Assembly (NCBI GenBank): GCA_963798845.1
Contig: CAWCUS010000001.1
Span: 736,001 to 800,000, forward strand
Direction: 5' to 3'
Source: an uncultured Gemmatimonadales bacterium
GTDB lineage: Bacteria > Gemmatimonadota > Gemmatimonadetes > Longimicrobiales > RSA9
DNA: 64,000 bases
How positions within the stretch are numbered: position 1 is the stretch's first letter; the number at the start of each line of letters is the position of its first letter. This document shows positions 1 through 10,104 of this stretch, piece by piece. The notes beneath the pieces are model-generated. The model was given only the letters and a program-made list of their open reading frames with translations. It was not told where the DNA came from and searched no databases. A program made the position numbers and the translations under genes.

Positions 1-862
1 CGTCCGGGGTGGACTGGAGCGGGCGACGACGCTGTCGCACGCCCATTGGAGGGAGGTGGAGCGCGCGCTCGGCGCGGACACCGGTGACGCCATCGTCGTG
101 GTCTGGGCGCCGGAGGCCGACGCGGACACCGCGGCGAGAGAGATCCTGATCCGCGCGCGCGAGGCGCTGGCGGGCGTCCCCGCCGAGACGCGCCAGGCCC
201 GCGCCGACGGCACCACCGGCTTCGAGCGGATCCTCCCCGGCCCCGACCGAATGTACCCTGACACGGACACGCCGCCGCTCCCGATCTCCGACGTGCTGGT
301 GGCTGAGGTCGTCGCCGAACTGCCCGAGACGCCGTGGGCACGCGCGGACCGCTACGTCGGCCTGGGGCTCGACCCCGGTGCGGCGCAGCGCCTCTCCGTG
401 GCACCCTGGGCCGACCTGTTCGACGACGTCCGGCCCGCAGCCGGCGACACGGCCCGGACCGTGGCCCGGGCGCTCCAGCACCGCCTCCCTTTCCACTCCC
501 GAAGACACGCCGCGCCGCCCCCGTCCGCCGACCGCCTCGCCACCGTGGTCCGAGCGCTCGAGTCCGGGGTGCTGCTCCCCGGCGCCATTGAGCCGGCGCT
601 GGACGCGCTCGTGCTGGAGCCGGAGACGAGGGCCGGAGCGGTCGTCGCCCGCTTCCGCGCGTCGCCCGATGCGAGGAAGGCCGTGGCGTCGCGGATCGAG
701 GAAGCGGCCGCTCGGGCGCGCAACGAGGGCCCGCCCGATCCCGAGGCGGCGCTGCGCCGCGCCATGGGCGAGGTCATGCGCGGAGTCCGGGGGCGGGTGG
801 ACGCCGCGGACGTGCGCCGACGCGTCGTCGCCGCGCTCGGATTCGAAGTGGAGGCGGCGTGA
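1..862 (+). CDS. gatE: Glu-tRNA(Gln) amidotransferase subunit E (archaeal type), 5'-truncated by window edge
   Basis: Frame open from the window start. GVPAETRQARADGTTGFERILPGPDRMYPDTDTPP matches the GatE GVP-ETR...PG..RMYP-TD-PP signature. C-terminal YqeY-like tail AMGEVMRGVRGRVD. Stop overlaps gatD start. Confidence 0.88.
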   Translation, partial: VRGGLERATTLSHAHWREVERALGADTGDAIVVVWAPEADADTAAREILIRAREALAGVPAETRQARADGTTGFERILPGPDRMYPDTDTPPLPISDVLVAEVVAELPETPWARADRYVGLGLDPGAAQRLSVAPWADLFDDVRPAAGDTARTVARALQHRLPFHSRRHAAPPPSADRLATVVRALESGVLLPGAIEPALDALVLEPETRAGAVVARFRASPDARKAVASRIEEAAARARNEGPPDPEAALRRAMGEVMRGVRGRVDAADVRRRVVAALGFEVEAA

Positions 863-2250
863 TGAGCGCGACGGAGACCGGCGGCTATCGCGGACCGGCC
901 TGGGCGGCCATGCAGCGCTTCGGCATCACCGTGTGGTGCGAAGTGCGGGCGCGCACCACGCGCGGCGAGTTCATCGGACTGGTGCTGCCGCGCTCCGAGA
1001 CCAGCGACGACCTCCACCTCGTCCTGAAGCTCGGCTCCGGCTACAACGTCGGCCTCCGCCACGACACGATCCTCGAGCTGGAGAAGCTCGGGTATCGCGA
1101 GGCCCACTACAGGATCCCCGAGAAAGCCTTCCCCGTCACGCCCGACCTCCCGCGCGTCAAGCTGCTCGGCACGGGCGGCACCATCGCATCCCGGCTCGAC
1201 TACCGCACGGGCGCCGTCATACCCGCGTTCACCCCCGGCGAGCTGTACGGCTCGGTCCCGGAGCTGGCCGACGTGTGCAATCTGGAGACGGAGAAGCTGT
1301 TCGGCGTCTTCAGCGAGAACATGGGGCCCGAGCAGTACATGGTGCTGGCCGAGAAGATCGGCGAGGCCATCCGCGACGGCTACGACGGCGTGATCGTGGG
1401 TCATGGCACGGATACCATGCACCACACGGCCGCGGTCCTCAGCTTCATGGTCCAGGACCCGCCCGTCCCGGTGATCCTCGTGGGCAGCCAGCGCTCCTCC
1501 GACCGCCCGTCCTCCGACGCGGCCCGCAACCTCATCAACGCCGCATGGGCCGCCGGCCACGGGCCCATCGCCGAGGTCATGGTGTGCATGTTCGGCCCCA
1601 CCTCCGACGTGTACAACCTGCTCCACCGCGGCACGCGCGTGCGGAAGATGCACAGCTCCGTGCGAAGCACGTTCCGCACCCTGGGCGACATCCCGCTCGC
1701 CATGGTGGAGCGCGGCGCGCTCACCCCGCTCAAGGACGACTGGAAGCCCCGCCGCGACGATCGCGACGTCACCATCCGGCCCGCGTTCGACCCCCGGGTC
1801 ACCCTCGTCTACTACTATCCGGGGATGCAGCCGGACGTGATCGACGCGCTGGTGGGGTGCGGCTACCGCGGCATCGTGCTGGCCGGCACCGGCCTCGGCC
1901 ACGTCAACCGTCTCATCTATCCGGCGCTGGAGCGGGCGAGGGACGCGGGCGTGCAGGTCTACATGACGCTCCAGACGTTCTGGGGCTTCGTTCAGATGCA
2001 CGTCTACGAGACCGGCCGCGAGATCCTGGAGCTGGGCGTGGTGCCGCTCGCCAACATGCTGCCCGAAGTGGCCTACGTGAAGCTCGGCTGGGCGCTGGGC
2101 CTCCATCCCGATGACCCCGCCGCCGCGCGGGCCCTCATGACCGCCACGCTCGCCGGCGAGATGACCGAGCGCGAGCCGCACGACGGCTACCTCATCCTCC
2201 AGGGTGGCGTCCCGGAGGTTCAGGCGGCGCTCTCCGGCTTGTGGAGATGA
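859..2250 (+). CDS. gatD: Glu-tRNA(Gln) amidotransferase subunit D (GatD N-terminal domain + asparaginase-type glutaminase)
   Basis: GatD N-domain motif LVLKLGSGYNVG, then TGGTIASRLDYRTGAV, HGTDTM, GSQRSSDRPSSDA and RKMHSS; the catalytic Thr/Thr/Asp/Lys equivalents are present. Start may be ATG 862. Confidence 0.93.
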   Translation: MMSATETGGYRGPAWAAMQRFGITVWCEVRARTTRGEFIGLVLPRSETSDDLHLVLKLGSGYNVGLRHDTILELEKLGYREAHYRIPEKAFPVTPDLPRVKLLGTGGTIASRLDYRTGAVIPAFTPGELYGSVPELADVCNLETEKLFGVFSENMGPEQYMVLAEKIGEAIRDGYDGVIVGHGTDTMHHTAAVLSFMVQDPPVPVILVGSQRSSDRPSSDAARNLINAAWAAGHGPIAEVMVCMFGPTSDVYNLLHRGTRVRKMHSSVRSTFRTLGDIPLAMVERGALTPLKDDWKPRRDDRDVTIRPAFDPRVTLVYYYPGMQPDVIDALVGCGYRGIVLAGTGLGHVNRLIYPALERARDAGVQVYMTLQTFWGFVQMHVYETGREILELGVVPLANMLPEVAYVKLGWALGLHPDDPAAARALMTATLAGEMTEREPHDGYLILQGGVPEVQAALSGLWR

Positions 2251-2392
2251 GCGGAAGGGCGCGAAGAACCTGATGAGGGTGTCGGAATGGCGGTTCACTC
2301 GCTCCCTCCGGGGGCGCCACCGAGGTGGTCCGGCGCACCGTTCCCGGCTAAGTTCCTGGCCGTTCAAGGCCCCGGCAACGAAGAACGGACCG

Positions 2393-4969
2393 ATGACGAA
2401 TACATGGCACCCGCGGGCCGGCCGCGCTGGCCTGGCCTCGCTTCTCGTTCTGGCCGCGTGCGCGGCGCCCGTCACCCCGTCCCCGGAGCCGGCGACGCCC
2501 GGCGCGGCAGGGGCGGATGAGGCGGCATGGGACACCGTGTCCCGGACGCTCCCCACCGGTGTGACGCTGGATCCGGCGGGTGACGCGGTCCCCGTGGGCA
2601 GCTTTCCGCTGGCCTTCACGCTCGCGCCAGACCCACGGTACGCGGTGACGATCCTGAGCGGGTGGCGTGAGCAGGGCCTGGAGGTGGTGGACCGGGAGGC
2701 CGGGCGCGTGGTGCAGAGAGTGGCGCAGCCCGCGGCCTTCCTGGGCCTCGCCTTCTCTCCCGACGGCCGCACGCTGTTCGCGTCGGGCGGAAACCAGGAC
2801 GTGATCTACCGCTACGACTGGGGCGCCGACCTGCTGACCTTCCGCGACAGCATCGTCCTCGCCGCGCCGAACCGGTCCGTCGGCCACCTCCCCGGCGAGC
2901 CCATGACGCCGGGCCGGCCGCAGCAGGTCGGGCTTCACTTCCCCGCCGGCATCGCCCTCTCCCCCGACGGGGATCGGCTCTATGTCGCGGAGAACCTGGG
3001 GGACCTGCTCGCGGTGGTGGACGTGGGTAGCGGCCGCGTGGTCCAGCGCTTCCCGGCCGGGCGCTACCCGTACGGCGTGGTGGTCGCGCCGGACGGGACG
3101 GTGTACGTCTCGGCGTGGTCGCAGTCCACGGTGGCTGTGTTCGTGCCGACGGAGGACGGGCTCGAGCCCGATGGCGCCATCATCGTGGGACGCCACCCGT
3201 CGGCCATGGTGCTGAGCGAGGATGGGAGCCGCCTCTTCGTGGCGTCGGCCAGCACCGACCGCGTGGCCGTGGTGGACACGCGCGAGCGCCGGCTGATCAC
3301 GGAGCTGCTCGACCCGGCGCCGCACGGGCCCGGCGAGGGGAGCACGCCGAACGCGCTGGCCCTGTCGAAGGACGGTCGGCGGCTCTTCGTCGCCGAAGCG
3401 GACAACAACGCCGTGGCCGTCTTCGACCTCTCCTCCCGCACCGCCGGGCTGCGCTCAGGGCTGGGGCGCGACCTTCTTGCGGGGCGGATCCCTGCCGACT
3501 GGTACCCAACGGACGTCGAGATCCGCGGCGACACCCTCCTCACGCTGTCGGCCAAGGGGCTCGGCACGCGGCCCAACCCCGAGCTGCCGCAGCCCGGGCA
3601 GGCGCGCCGGCTCAGGCAGGTGGAGGAGAACTACACGCTGGGGCAGCTGGACGGCACGCTCCGCACTGTCCCGGGCGGCGCTGCGCTGCGCGGCGGCGAC
3701 CTGCGCCGCATGACCGCTCGCGTCGTGGCGGCGAACCACTGGGACCTCCCGCGCCGGGGCGCCTCCGCGGCCTACCCGCCGTTCGAGCACGTGATCTACG
3801 TGATCAAGGAGAACCGGACGTACGACCAGGTGTTCGGTGACATGCCGGAGGGCGACGGCGACTCTTCGCTGGTCTTCTTCCCGCGCGAGGTCTCGCCGAA
3901 TCACCACGCCCTGGCCGACCGCTTCGGTCTGTTCGACCGCTTCTTCGTGAACGCGGAGGTGAGCGCGGACGGGCACAACTGGTCCACCGCCGCCTACGCG
4001 AGCGACTACGTGGAGAAGACGGTCCCGTCCAACTACGCCGGGCTCCGCCCCTCGTACGACTACGAGGGCACGAACCGCGGCTTCGCCAACATCCCGCCGG
4101 AAGGCGAGGACGTCGCCGAGCCATCGCAGGGCTACATCTGGGACCTGGCCAACCGCGCGGGCATCACCTTCCGCAACTACGGCGAGTTCGTCATCCCGGA
4201 GGACGTGGATCTGGACGACCCAATGCCGGAGGGGTACCGCGGCGTGAAGCCGTTCCTCGCCGTGCACACCAACCCGGACTACGCCGGCTTCGACATGAAC
4301 ATCCCGGACCAGGACCGCGCCGACGTCTTCCTGCGCGACCTCCAGGAGTTCGAGCGCACGGGGGAGATGCCGCAGCTCATGATCCTGCGGCTCCCCAACG
4401 ACCACACGGCGGGTGGCCGGGCGGGCGCGCCCACGCCGGAGGCGTACATGGCGGACAACGACCTGGCTCTCGGCCGCATCGTCGAGGCCGTGTCCCGCTC
4501 TCGGTTCTGGAAGAGCACCGTCTTCTTCATCCTGGAGGACGACGCCCAGAACGGCCCGGACCACGTGGACTCCCACCGCTCGCCGCTGCTGGTGGTGTCC
4601 GCGTACGGGCGCCCGGGCGTGAGCCACCGGTTCGCCAACACGACGGACGTCATCGCCACCATGTCGGACATCCTGGGCATGGGGAGTCTCTCCCAGTTCG
4701 ACCACTACGGCCGCCCGTTGCGCGGCATCTTCGCGGACCGACCGGACCTGGAGCCGTACACCGCGCTGGTCCCCGCCGTCGACCTGGACGAGCGCAACGC
4801 CATCGACAACCCGGGCGCCGACGCCTCCCGCCACATCGACCTCCGATTCGAGGACAGCGTCGACGACATCCTCTTCAACCGGATCCTGTGGGCCATGATC
4901 AAGGGGCCGGACGTGCCCTACCCCGGGACCACGCGCATGCCCGTCCTCGAATGGCAGAGGTCGCGCTGA
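2393..4969 (+). CDS. Lipoprotein: YVTN/YncE beta-propeller fused to a phosphoesterase (alkaline-phosphatase superfamily) domain
   Basis: Lipobox LAAC; repeated ALSPDG.RLYVA propeller blades; YVIKENRTYDQVFGD, SADGHNW, LPNDHT and EDDAQNGPDHVDSHRS motifs. Start set at ATG 2393. Confidence 0.85.
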   Translation: MTNTWHPRAGRAGLASLLVLAACAAPVTPSPEPATPGAAGADEAAWDTVSRTLPTGVTLDPAGDAVPVGSFPLAFTLAPDPRYAVTILSGWREQGLEVVDREAGRVVQRVAQPAAFLGLAFSPDGRTLFASGGNQDVIYRYDWGADLLTFRDSIVLAAPNRSVGHLPGEPMTPGRPQQVGLHFPAGIALSPDGDRLYVAENLGDLLAVVDVGSGRVVQRFPAGRYPYGVVVAPDGTVYVSAWSQSTVAVFVPTEDGLEPDGAIIVGRHPSAMVLSEDGSRLFVASASTDRVAVVDTRERRLITELLDPAPHGPGEGSTPNALALSKDGRRLFVAEADNNAVAVFDLSSRTAGLRSGLGRDLLAGRIPADWYPTDVEIRGDTLLTLSAKGLGTRPNPELPQPGQARRLRQVEENYTLGQLDGTLRTVPGGAALRGGDLRRMTARVVAANHWDLPRRGASAAYPPFEHVIYVIKENRTYDQVFGDMPEGDGDSSLVFFPREVSPNHHALADRFGLFDRFFVNAEVSADGHNWSTAAYASDYVEKTVPSNYAGLRPSYDYEGTNRGFANIPPEGEDVAEPSQGYIWDLANRAGITFRNYGEFVIPEDVDLDDPMPEGYRGVKPFLAVHTNPDYAGFDMNIPDQDRADVFLRDLQEFERTGEMPQLMILRLPNDHTAGGRAGAPTPEAYMADNDLALGRIVEAVSRSRFWKSTVFFILEDDAQNGPDHVDSHRSPLLVVSAYGRPGVSHRFANTTDVIATMSDILGMGSLSQFDHYGRPLRGIFADRPDLEPYTALVPAVDLDERNAIDNPGADASRHIDLRFEDSVDDILFNRILWAMIKGPDVPYPGTTRMPVLEWQRSR

Positions 4970-5071
4970 TTTCGTGATTCCGCCCGCCGGCCATGTCACC
5001 GGCGGCCCCGGCTGCCACGACCCCCGCCACCCTCGTCCAGCACGCCCGTCAGGCGTTGCGTTAGGCAGCGC

Positions 5072-6736
5072 TCAATCCCCCAGCATCTCCATCTCCACGG
5101 CCGCGCGAGGAGTCCGGAGCAGCAACACGAGCGGCAGAGAGATCACGAACAGGACCGTGACCAGCGCGAACACGTGGTTGTACGCCAGCACCGCCGCCTG
5201 GCGCAGGAACGAGAGGTTCAGCAGCTGGAGCGCCCTCGCCCTGGCCGTGGCCAGGTCCATCCCCCGCGCCTGCATCCCGGCCGTGGCCCGCGCCAGGAAG
5301 TTGACGGTGGCCGGGTCGAACGCGGTGGCGTGCTGGCCGAGGATGGCGTGGTTGCGCGACATGGAGCGAGTCAGCGACGTGGCCGCCGCCGCGATCCCGA
5401 CGCTCCCGGCCACCTGCCGCACCACGTTGTAGAGCCCGGTCGCCTGCGTCATCTTCGGGCGCGGTATGGTGGCGAGCGCCGCCGTCGACAGGGCGACGAA
5501 GATCAGCGCGAAGCCCACGCCCTGCCACAGCTGGGGCCAGAAGATGTCCCAGAAGCCCACGTCGATGGTCAGGTGAGACAGCTCCCAGAAGGAGTAGGCG
5601 CTCACGGCCAGCCCCGCGCCGACCAGCACTTTCGGCCCCAGCCGGTTGTAGACGCGGCCGCCCAGCGGCATGATCACGGCCATGGCCAGGCTGCGCGGGA
5701 TCAGCGCCTCGCCCGAGAGCATGGCCGTGTAGCCCAGCAGGTTCTGGAGGAAGAGCGGGAGCAGGAAGAGCGACCCGTACAGCCCCATCCCCAGCACCCC
5801 GCCGATCACCGTTGCGGAAGTGAACGAGCCGTTCTTCAGGATGCGCAGGTTCACCGCGGGGCGGTCCGTGTTGAGCTCGTGCCAGATGAACAGCAGCATG
5901 CCCACGATGCCCATGAGGGCCAGGCTGATGATGAAGCTGGACTCGAACCAGTCGTTCCGCTGCCCCTCCTCCAGCATGAGCTGTAGCGCGCCCAGCCCCA
6001 TGGCCAGCAGCGCCAGCCCCGTCCAGTCGATCCGCCCCTTCTCCCGTACCAGGTAGTGCGGGTCGCGGATGAAGCGCGTGACCAGCATCACGTTCAGGAT
6101 GCCGATCGGGACGTTGATGTAGAAAACCCACGGCCACGTGTAGTTGTCCGTGAGCCACCCGCCCAGCGTGGGGCCGATGGCCGGCGCCACCACGACGCCC
6201 ATCCCGTAGATCCCCATCGCCATCGCCTGCTCCTCCGCCGGGAACGTCTCCCGGAGGATCGCCTGCGATACGGTCACGATCACCCCGCCCCCGATCCCCT
6301 GGAGCACGCGGAAGATCACCATCACCGGCAGCGTGCGCGACACGCCGCACGCCATGGAAGCCAGCGTGAAGAGCGCAACGCTGAAGATGTAGAAGTTCTT
6401 GCGGCCGAACCGGCTGCTGAGCATGCCGGTGATCGGCATGATGATCACCTGCGCCAGGATATAGCCGGTCACCACCCAGGTGATCTGCTCCACGGTCGTG
6501 CCCAGCGTGCCGGTCATGGATGGGAGCGCCACGTTCACGATGCTGGAGTCCAGCACGGCCATGATCGTCCCCGTCAGCACCGTCCCGGCCACCAGCCACT
6601 TGTGGTGCTCCATCTCCTCCACGGCCGCGTCCGGTACCGCGTGCGACGCTGCCGTTGCGGGCCCGGCCGGATCGGGCGACAACGGCGCGCCAGGCTCGCC
6701 GGACCCCCCACCCATCCCGTTCACTCCTTCCGCCAT
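5072..6736 (-). CDS. emrB: DHA2-family (EmrB/QacA) MFS efflux permease
   Basis: MAVLDSSIVNVALP, APAIGPTLGGWLTD.Y.WPWVFYINVPIG and MLEEGQRNDWFES; lies after emrA-like and tolC-like genes. Confidence 0.92.
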   Translation of the reverse strand: MAEGVNGMGGGSGEPGAPLSPDPAGPATAASHAVPDAAVEEMEHHKWLVAGTVLTGTIMAVLDSSIVNVALPSMTGTLGTTVEQITWVVTGYILAQVIIMPITGMLSSRFGRKNFYIFSVALFTLASMACGVSRTLPVMVIFRVLQGIGGGVIVTVSQAILRETFPAEEQAMAMGIYGMGVVVAPAIGPTLGGWLTDNYTWPWVFYINVPIGILNVMLVTRFIRDPHYLVREKGRIDWTGLALLAMGLGALQLMLEEGQRNDWFESSFIISLALMGIVGMLLFIWHELNTDRPAVNLRILKNGSFTSATVIGGVLGMGLYGSLFLLPLFLQNLLGYTAMLSGEALIPRSLAMAVIMPLGGRVYNRLGPKVLVGAGLAVSAYSFWELSHLTIDVGFWDIFWPQLWQGVGFALIFVALSTAALATIPRPKMTQATGLYNVVRQVAGSVGIAAAATSLTRSMSRNHAILGQHATAFDPATVNFLARATAGMQARGMDLATARARALQLLNLSFLRQAAVLAYNHVFALVTVLFVISLPLVLLLRTPRAAVEMEMLGD

Positions 6737-6737
6737 G

Positions 6738-7865
6738 TCAGCCCGTGCTCACGTGCACGACCACGCTCATCCCGGGGCGCAGCGGACGGTCCGACCCGCA
6801 CCCCTCGCTCACCCGGATTCGAACGGGGACGCGCTGCACCACCTTCGTGAAGTTCCCCGTGGCGTTGTCCGGCGGGATCAGCGAGAACTGCGACCCCGTC
6901 GCCCCGCTGATGCTCGCCACCTCACCGCGCGCCCTGCACCCGCCGTACGCGTCCACCTTCAGCTCCGCGGCCTCGCCTGGCCGGATGTCGCCCAGCTGCG
7001 TCTCCTTGAAGTTGGCGGTCACCGTGATCCCGGAGTCGGCAACCACGGTCATCACCGGCTGCCCGGGCTGGAGCAGCTGCCCCGGCTCCGCCGACCGCTT
7101 CGCCACCACCCCGGTCACCGGGGCCCCGATGCGCGCGTGCGAAAGCTGTAGCCTGGCGTTCTCCACGGCCGCCTGCGCCGCCTTCAGCCGCGCTTCGGCC
7201 TGGCGCACGCCCGCCTGCGCCGTCTGCACGCCCGCCCGCGCGGCCAGCCGCTGCTGCTCCAGCGACCGCAGCGTGGCCCTCGCCGATTCCGCCGCCGCTT
7301 CCGCCCCGTCCAGCTGCTGCTGCGACACGATCTGCTTCTCCGCCAGTCCCCGGATCCGCTCCAGGTCCCGGTCCGCCTTCGACGCCGACGCCTTCGCGGC
7401 CGCGATCTGTGCGCCCAGCGCTTCGCCCTGCCGCTGCGCCTGCTCCACCTGGGACTCGGCCTGCCCCGGCACGCCGTCACCCCCCGCCGCCGCCCGCGCC
7501 GCCGCCAGCTCCGCCTCCACCTGGTCCAGACGCTGGCGCAGCTCCACGTCGTCCACCAGCACCAGCGTCTGCCCCTCCGACACGTGCTGGTTCTCCTCCA
7601 CTCCCACGCTCTTCACGTACCCGCCCACCTTCGCCAGCACGGGCACCAGGTGGCCGGCCACGTACGCGTCGTCCGTCGACTCGTGCGACGACGCGTACCG
7701 CCACCGCATCACGCCCCAGATCGCCACCGCCACCAGCAGCACCCCGGCCACCGGCACCACCCACCTGCGCTGCCCGTTCCGGGGCGGCCCACCCGCGGGC
7801 GCATCCTTCCTGCCCTCCGCCATTGCCTCGCTCCTGTCCCCATCGTCCTTCGGTCCGTTCGCCAT
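6738..7865 (-). CDS. emrA: HlyD/EmrA-family periplasmic adaptor
   Basis: ESTDDAYV, coiled coil, ANFKETQL and ATGSQFSLIPPDNATGNFTKVVQRVPVRI; start overlaps the TolC stop. Confidence 0.92.
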   Translation of the reverse strand: MANGPKDDGDRSEAMAEGRKDAPAGGPPRNGQRRWVVPVAGVLLVAVAIWGVMRWRYASSHESTDDAYVAGHLVPVLAKVGGYVKSVGVEENQHVSEGQTLVLVDDVELRQRLDQVEAELAAARAAAGGDGVPGQAESQVEQAQRQGEALGAQIAAAKASASKADRDLERIRGLAEKQIVSQQQLDGAEAAAESARATLRSLEQQRLAARAGVQTAQAGVRQAEARLKAAQAAVENARLQLSHARIGAPVTGVVAKRSAEPGQLLQPGQPVMTVVADSGITVTANFKETQLGDIRPGEAAELKVDAYGGCRARGEVASISGATGSQFSLIPPDNATGNFTKVVQRVPVRIRVSEGCGSDRPLRPGMSVVVHVSTG

Positions 7866-9238
7866 CAGCGCAGCTCCCCCGCCTTGCCCTCCGCGGCCCA
7901 CAGCGCCACGCGCGCGCCGCGGGAGGCCGCGACCGCGTCCACGTACGCACTGCGGGCGTCGCTCAGCCGCAGCGCCGACTCCGTCACCTCCGCGCTGCCG
8001 GCCACGCCCGCCTCGAAGCGCTCCTGCGCCTGACCGTACTCCTCCTGCGCCAGCTCCAGCCTCGACCTCGCCGCCGACACCTGCTCTTCGGAGTCCGACA
8101 GATCGAGCAGCGCGGCACGGACCTGGAGCGCCACCTGCTCCCGCAGCTCGTGCCGCTCCGCTTCCAGCAGCGAGACCTGCGCGTGCTCCTCATCCAGACG
8201 CGCGCTGGTCCGGAAGCCCGAGAACGCCGGCACCGACACCCGCACCGACCAGTCGTACGTGTTCAGCAGGTGCTGCTCCTCCCTCCCGATCCAGCCGTCA
8301 TCGGCGCCCAGGGACACCCGCGGCAGACGCTCCGCCCGCACTGCCGAGACCGCGTGCGATGCCGCCTGGATCCGCTGGTCCAGCGCCACCACGTCGCTGC
8401 GGCGCGCCAGCGCCGCGGCCACTGCGGCATCCACGTCCTCTCCCACCCCCGACGCCCCCGACACCACCGTGTCCACCAGCACCACCGGCCGGTCCAGCGG
8501 CAGGTCCAGTGACCGCAGCAACGCCAGCCTGGCCTGCGATGCCTGGTTCCTCGCCCCGATCAGCTTCGCCTGCATGGTCGCCAGCTGCGCTTCCGCACGC
8601 GTCACGTCCAGCTTCACGCCCACGCCCGCGTCGAGCAGGTTCTTCGCCGTCCGCACCAGGTCCCGCGCCAGCGACATGTCCTCCCGCACCGCCGCCATCC
8701 TCGACTCCGCCTGCAGGCCCCGCACGTACGCCCTCGCCGCGCCCGCGGCCAGCGACTCCCGCGTCGCCGCCGTGCTGCTGCGCGACGCGGCGAGCGCCGA
8801 CTTCGCCGAGCGCACGCGCTCCACCGCGCTCCAGTCGAACAGCGTCTGCGTCAGTGTCGCCCGCACGTCGGGCGTGCCGATCGGCCCGATCACCTGCCCG
8901 TTCGGGTCGAACAGGGGCGGCTCACCGGGTGGGGACGGGAAGTCGATCCCGAACGTCGCCGTGTTGAAGCTCCGCTGCCCGTCCTGCGCCGTGAGGCCGA
9001 CCTGCGGGAGCAGCGCCGAGCGCGCCTGAGTCACCCTCGCCGCCGCCTGCACATCCCCCAGCTGCGCCATGTCCAGCCGGGCCCCGCGCTCCGTGGCCAT
9101 CCTCACCGCGTCCCCCAGCCGCAGCCGCAGCGTGTCCGGCGCGCCCCCGCTCTCCTGCGCGCACACCGGCGCCGCACCGGCCGCGGCCAGGGCCAGCACC
9201 GCTGCGCCCGATCTCAGAACGCCCGTCCTCCTCCTCAC
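7865..9238 (-). CDS. TolC-family outer-membrane efflux protein
   Basis: Signal peptide after a GTG overlapping the TetR stop; ARSALLPQV and RAERLPRVSL outer-membrane-efflux repeats; helical repeat pattern. Confidence 0.88.
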   Translation of the reverse strand: MRRRTGVLRSGAAVLALAAAGAAPVCAQESGGAPDTLRLRLGDAVRMATERGARLDMAQLGDVQAAARVTQARSALLPQVGLTAQDGQRSFNTATFGIDFPSPPGEPPLFDPNGQVIGPIGTPDVRATLTQTLFDWSAVERVRSAKSALAASRSSTAATRESLAAGAARAYVRGLQAESRMAAVREDMSLARDLVRTAKNLLDAGVGVKLDVTRAEAQLATMQAKLIGARNQASQARLALLRSLDLPLDRPVVLVDTVVSGASGVGEDVDAAVAAALARRSDVVALDQRIQAASHAVSAVRAERLPRVSLGADDGWIGREEQHLLNTYDWSVRVSVPAFSGFRTSARLDEEHAQVSLLEAERHELREQVALQVRAALLDLSDSEEQVSAARSRLELAQEEYGQAQERFEAGVAGSAEVTESALRLSDARSAYVDAVAASRGARVALWAAEGKAGELR

Positions 9239-9870
9239 GCCTCGCCTCCGCGTATCGCCGCCATGTAGAAGTCCAGCAGCTGCTGCAGCACCGTCTCGTC
9301 GTCCAGCCCGCCCAGCGATTCCATGAACTCCGGGCGCGCGCACCACACGGCGTGCTTGATCAGCAGCGCCAGCAGCATGCGCGCCCGCGCCGCGGCGTCG
9401 CCCGGCGAAAACTCGCCCCGCTCCACTCCCCAATCGAGCAGCGACTCCACGCCCTCCATGACCGGGCGGCGGACCTCCCGCACATACTCGCGCACCAGCT
9501 CCGGGAACGCGTTCGCCTCCGCCTGGACCAGCCGGTGCACCGGGTCGAACTCCGGCGACCGGACCTGCGCCCAGATCACCGAGATCAGGTCCTCCAGTGA
9601 CACCGTGGCGCTCTCCCCGCGCTCCACCCCGGCCACAGCCTCCCGAATCCCCCGCACCCGCCGGTGCATTACTTCCGTGAACAGCTCCGTCTTGCCCGGG
9701 AAGTACAGGTAGATCGTCGCCTTCGAGACCCCGGCCCGCGCCGCGATGTCCTCCACCCGCGCCGCCTCCAGGCCCCGTTCGCTGAACTCCGCCAGCGCCG
9801 CGTCCAGGATCTGTCCCGGCCGCTGTTCCGGCTGCCGCCGCCAGCGCGGCTCGGTTGCCCGTTCCGTCAT
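9235..9870 (-). CDS. TetR/AcrR-family transcriptional regulator
   Basis: ILDAALAEFSERG...VEDIAARAGVSKATIYLYFPGKTELF helix-turn-helix; first gene of the efflux operon. Confidence 0.93.
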   Translation of the reverse strand: MTERATEPRWRRQPEQRPGQILDAALAEFSERGLEAARVEDIAARAGVSKATIYLYFPGKTELFTEVMHRRVRGIREAVAGVERGESATVSLEDLISVIWAQVRSPEFDPVHRLVQAEANAFPELVREYVREVRRPVMEGVESLLDWGVERGEFSPGDAAARARMLLALLIKHAVWCARPEFMESLGGLDDETVLQQLLDFYMAAIRGGEA

Positions 9871-9887
9871 GCGTGCCCTCCCGCGGA

Positions 9888-9909
9888 ACTAACTGACCGG
9901 TCATTTAGT
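9888..9909. promoter_or_regulatory. Candidate TetR operator (22-bp imperfect palindrome)
   Basis: ACTAACTGACC|GGTCATTTAGT: 11-bp arms with one mismatch, AT-rich, 18 bp upstream of the tetR start. Confidence 0.65.
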
Positions 9910-10104
9910 AGACGCGCAAGCTAATGCCCCCGGGACCTGACGTGAAGCCCCGGCGCCGCAACGGACTGCGGAGCGCCGGCGGGCCCGGGGCGCATGGATG
10001 CGACGGCCGATCCGCGTCGCGCGCGTGGCCGTCGCTCCCCATATTGACGCGCGGCGGTTTCCTCCGGCGAGGCGCGGCCGATGGTCTCTGGGGAGGGCGG
10101 TGGG

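Noticed and set aside
859..2250. Plain type I L-asparaginase
   Set aside because: It has the GatD-specific N-terminal domain and is coupled to gatE.
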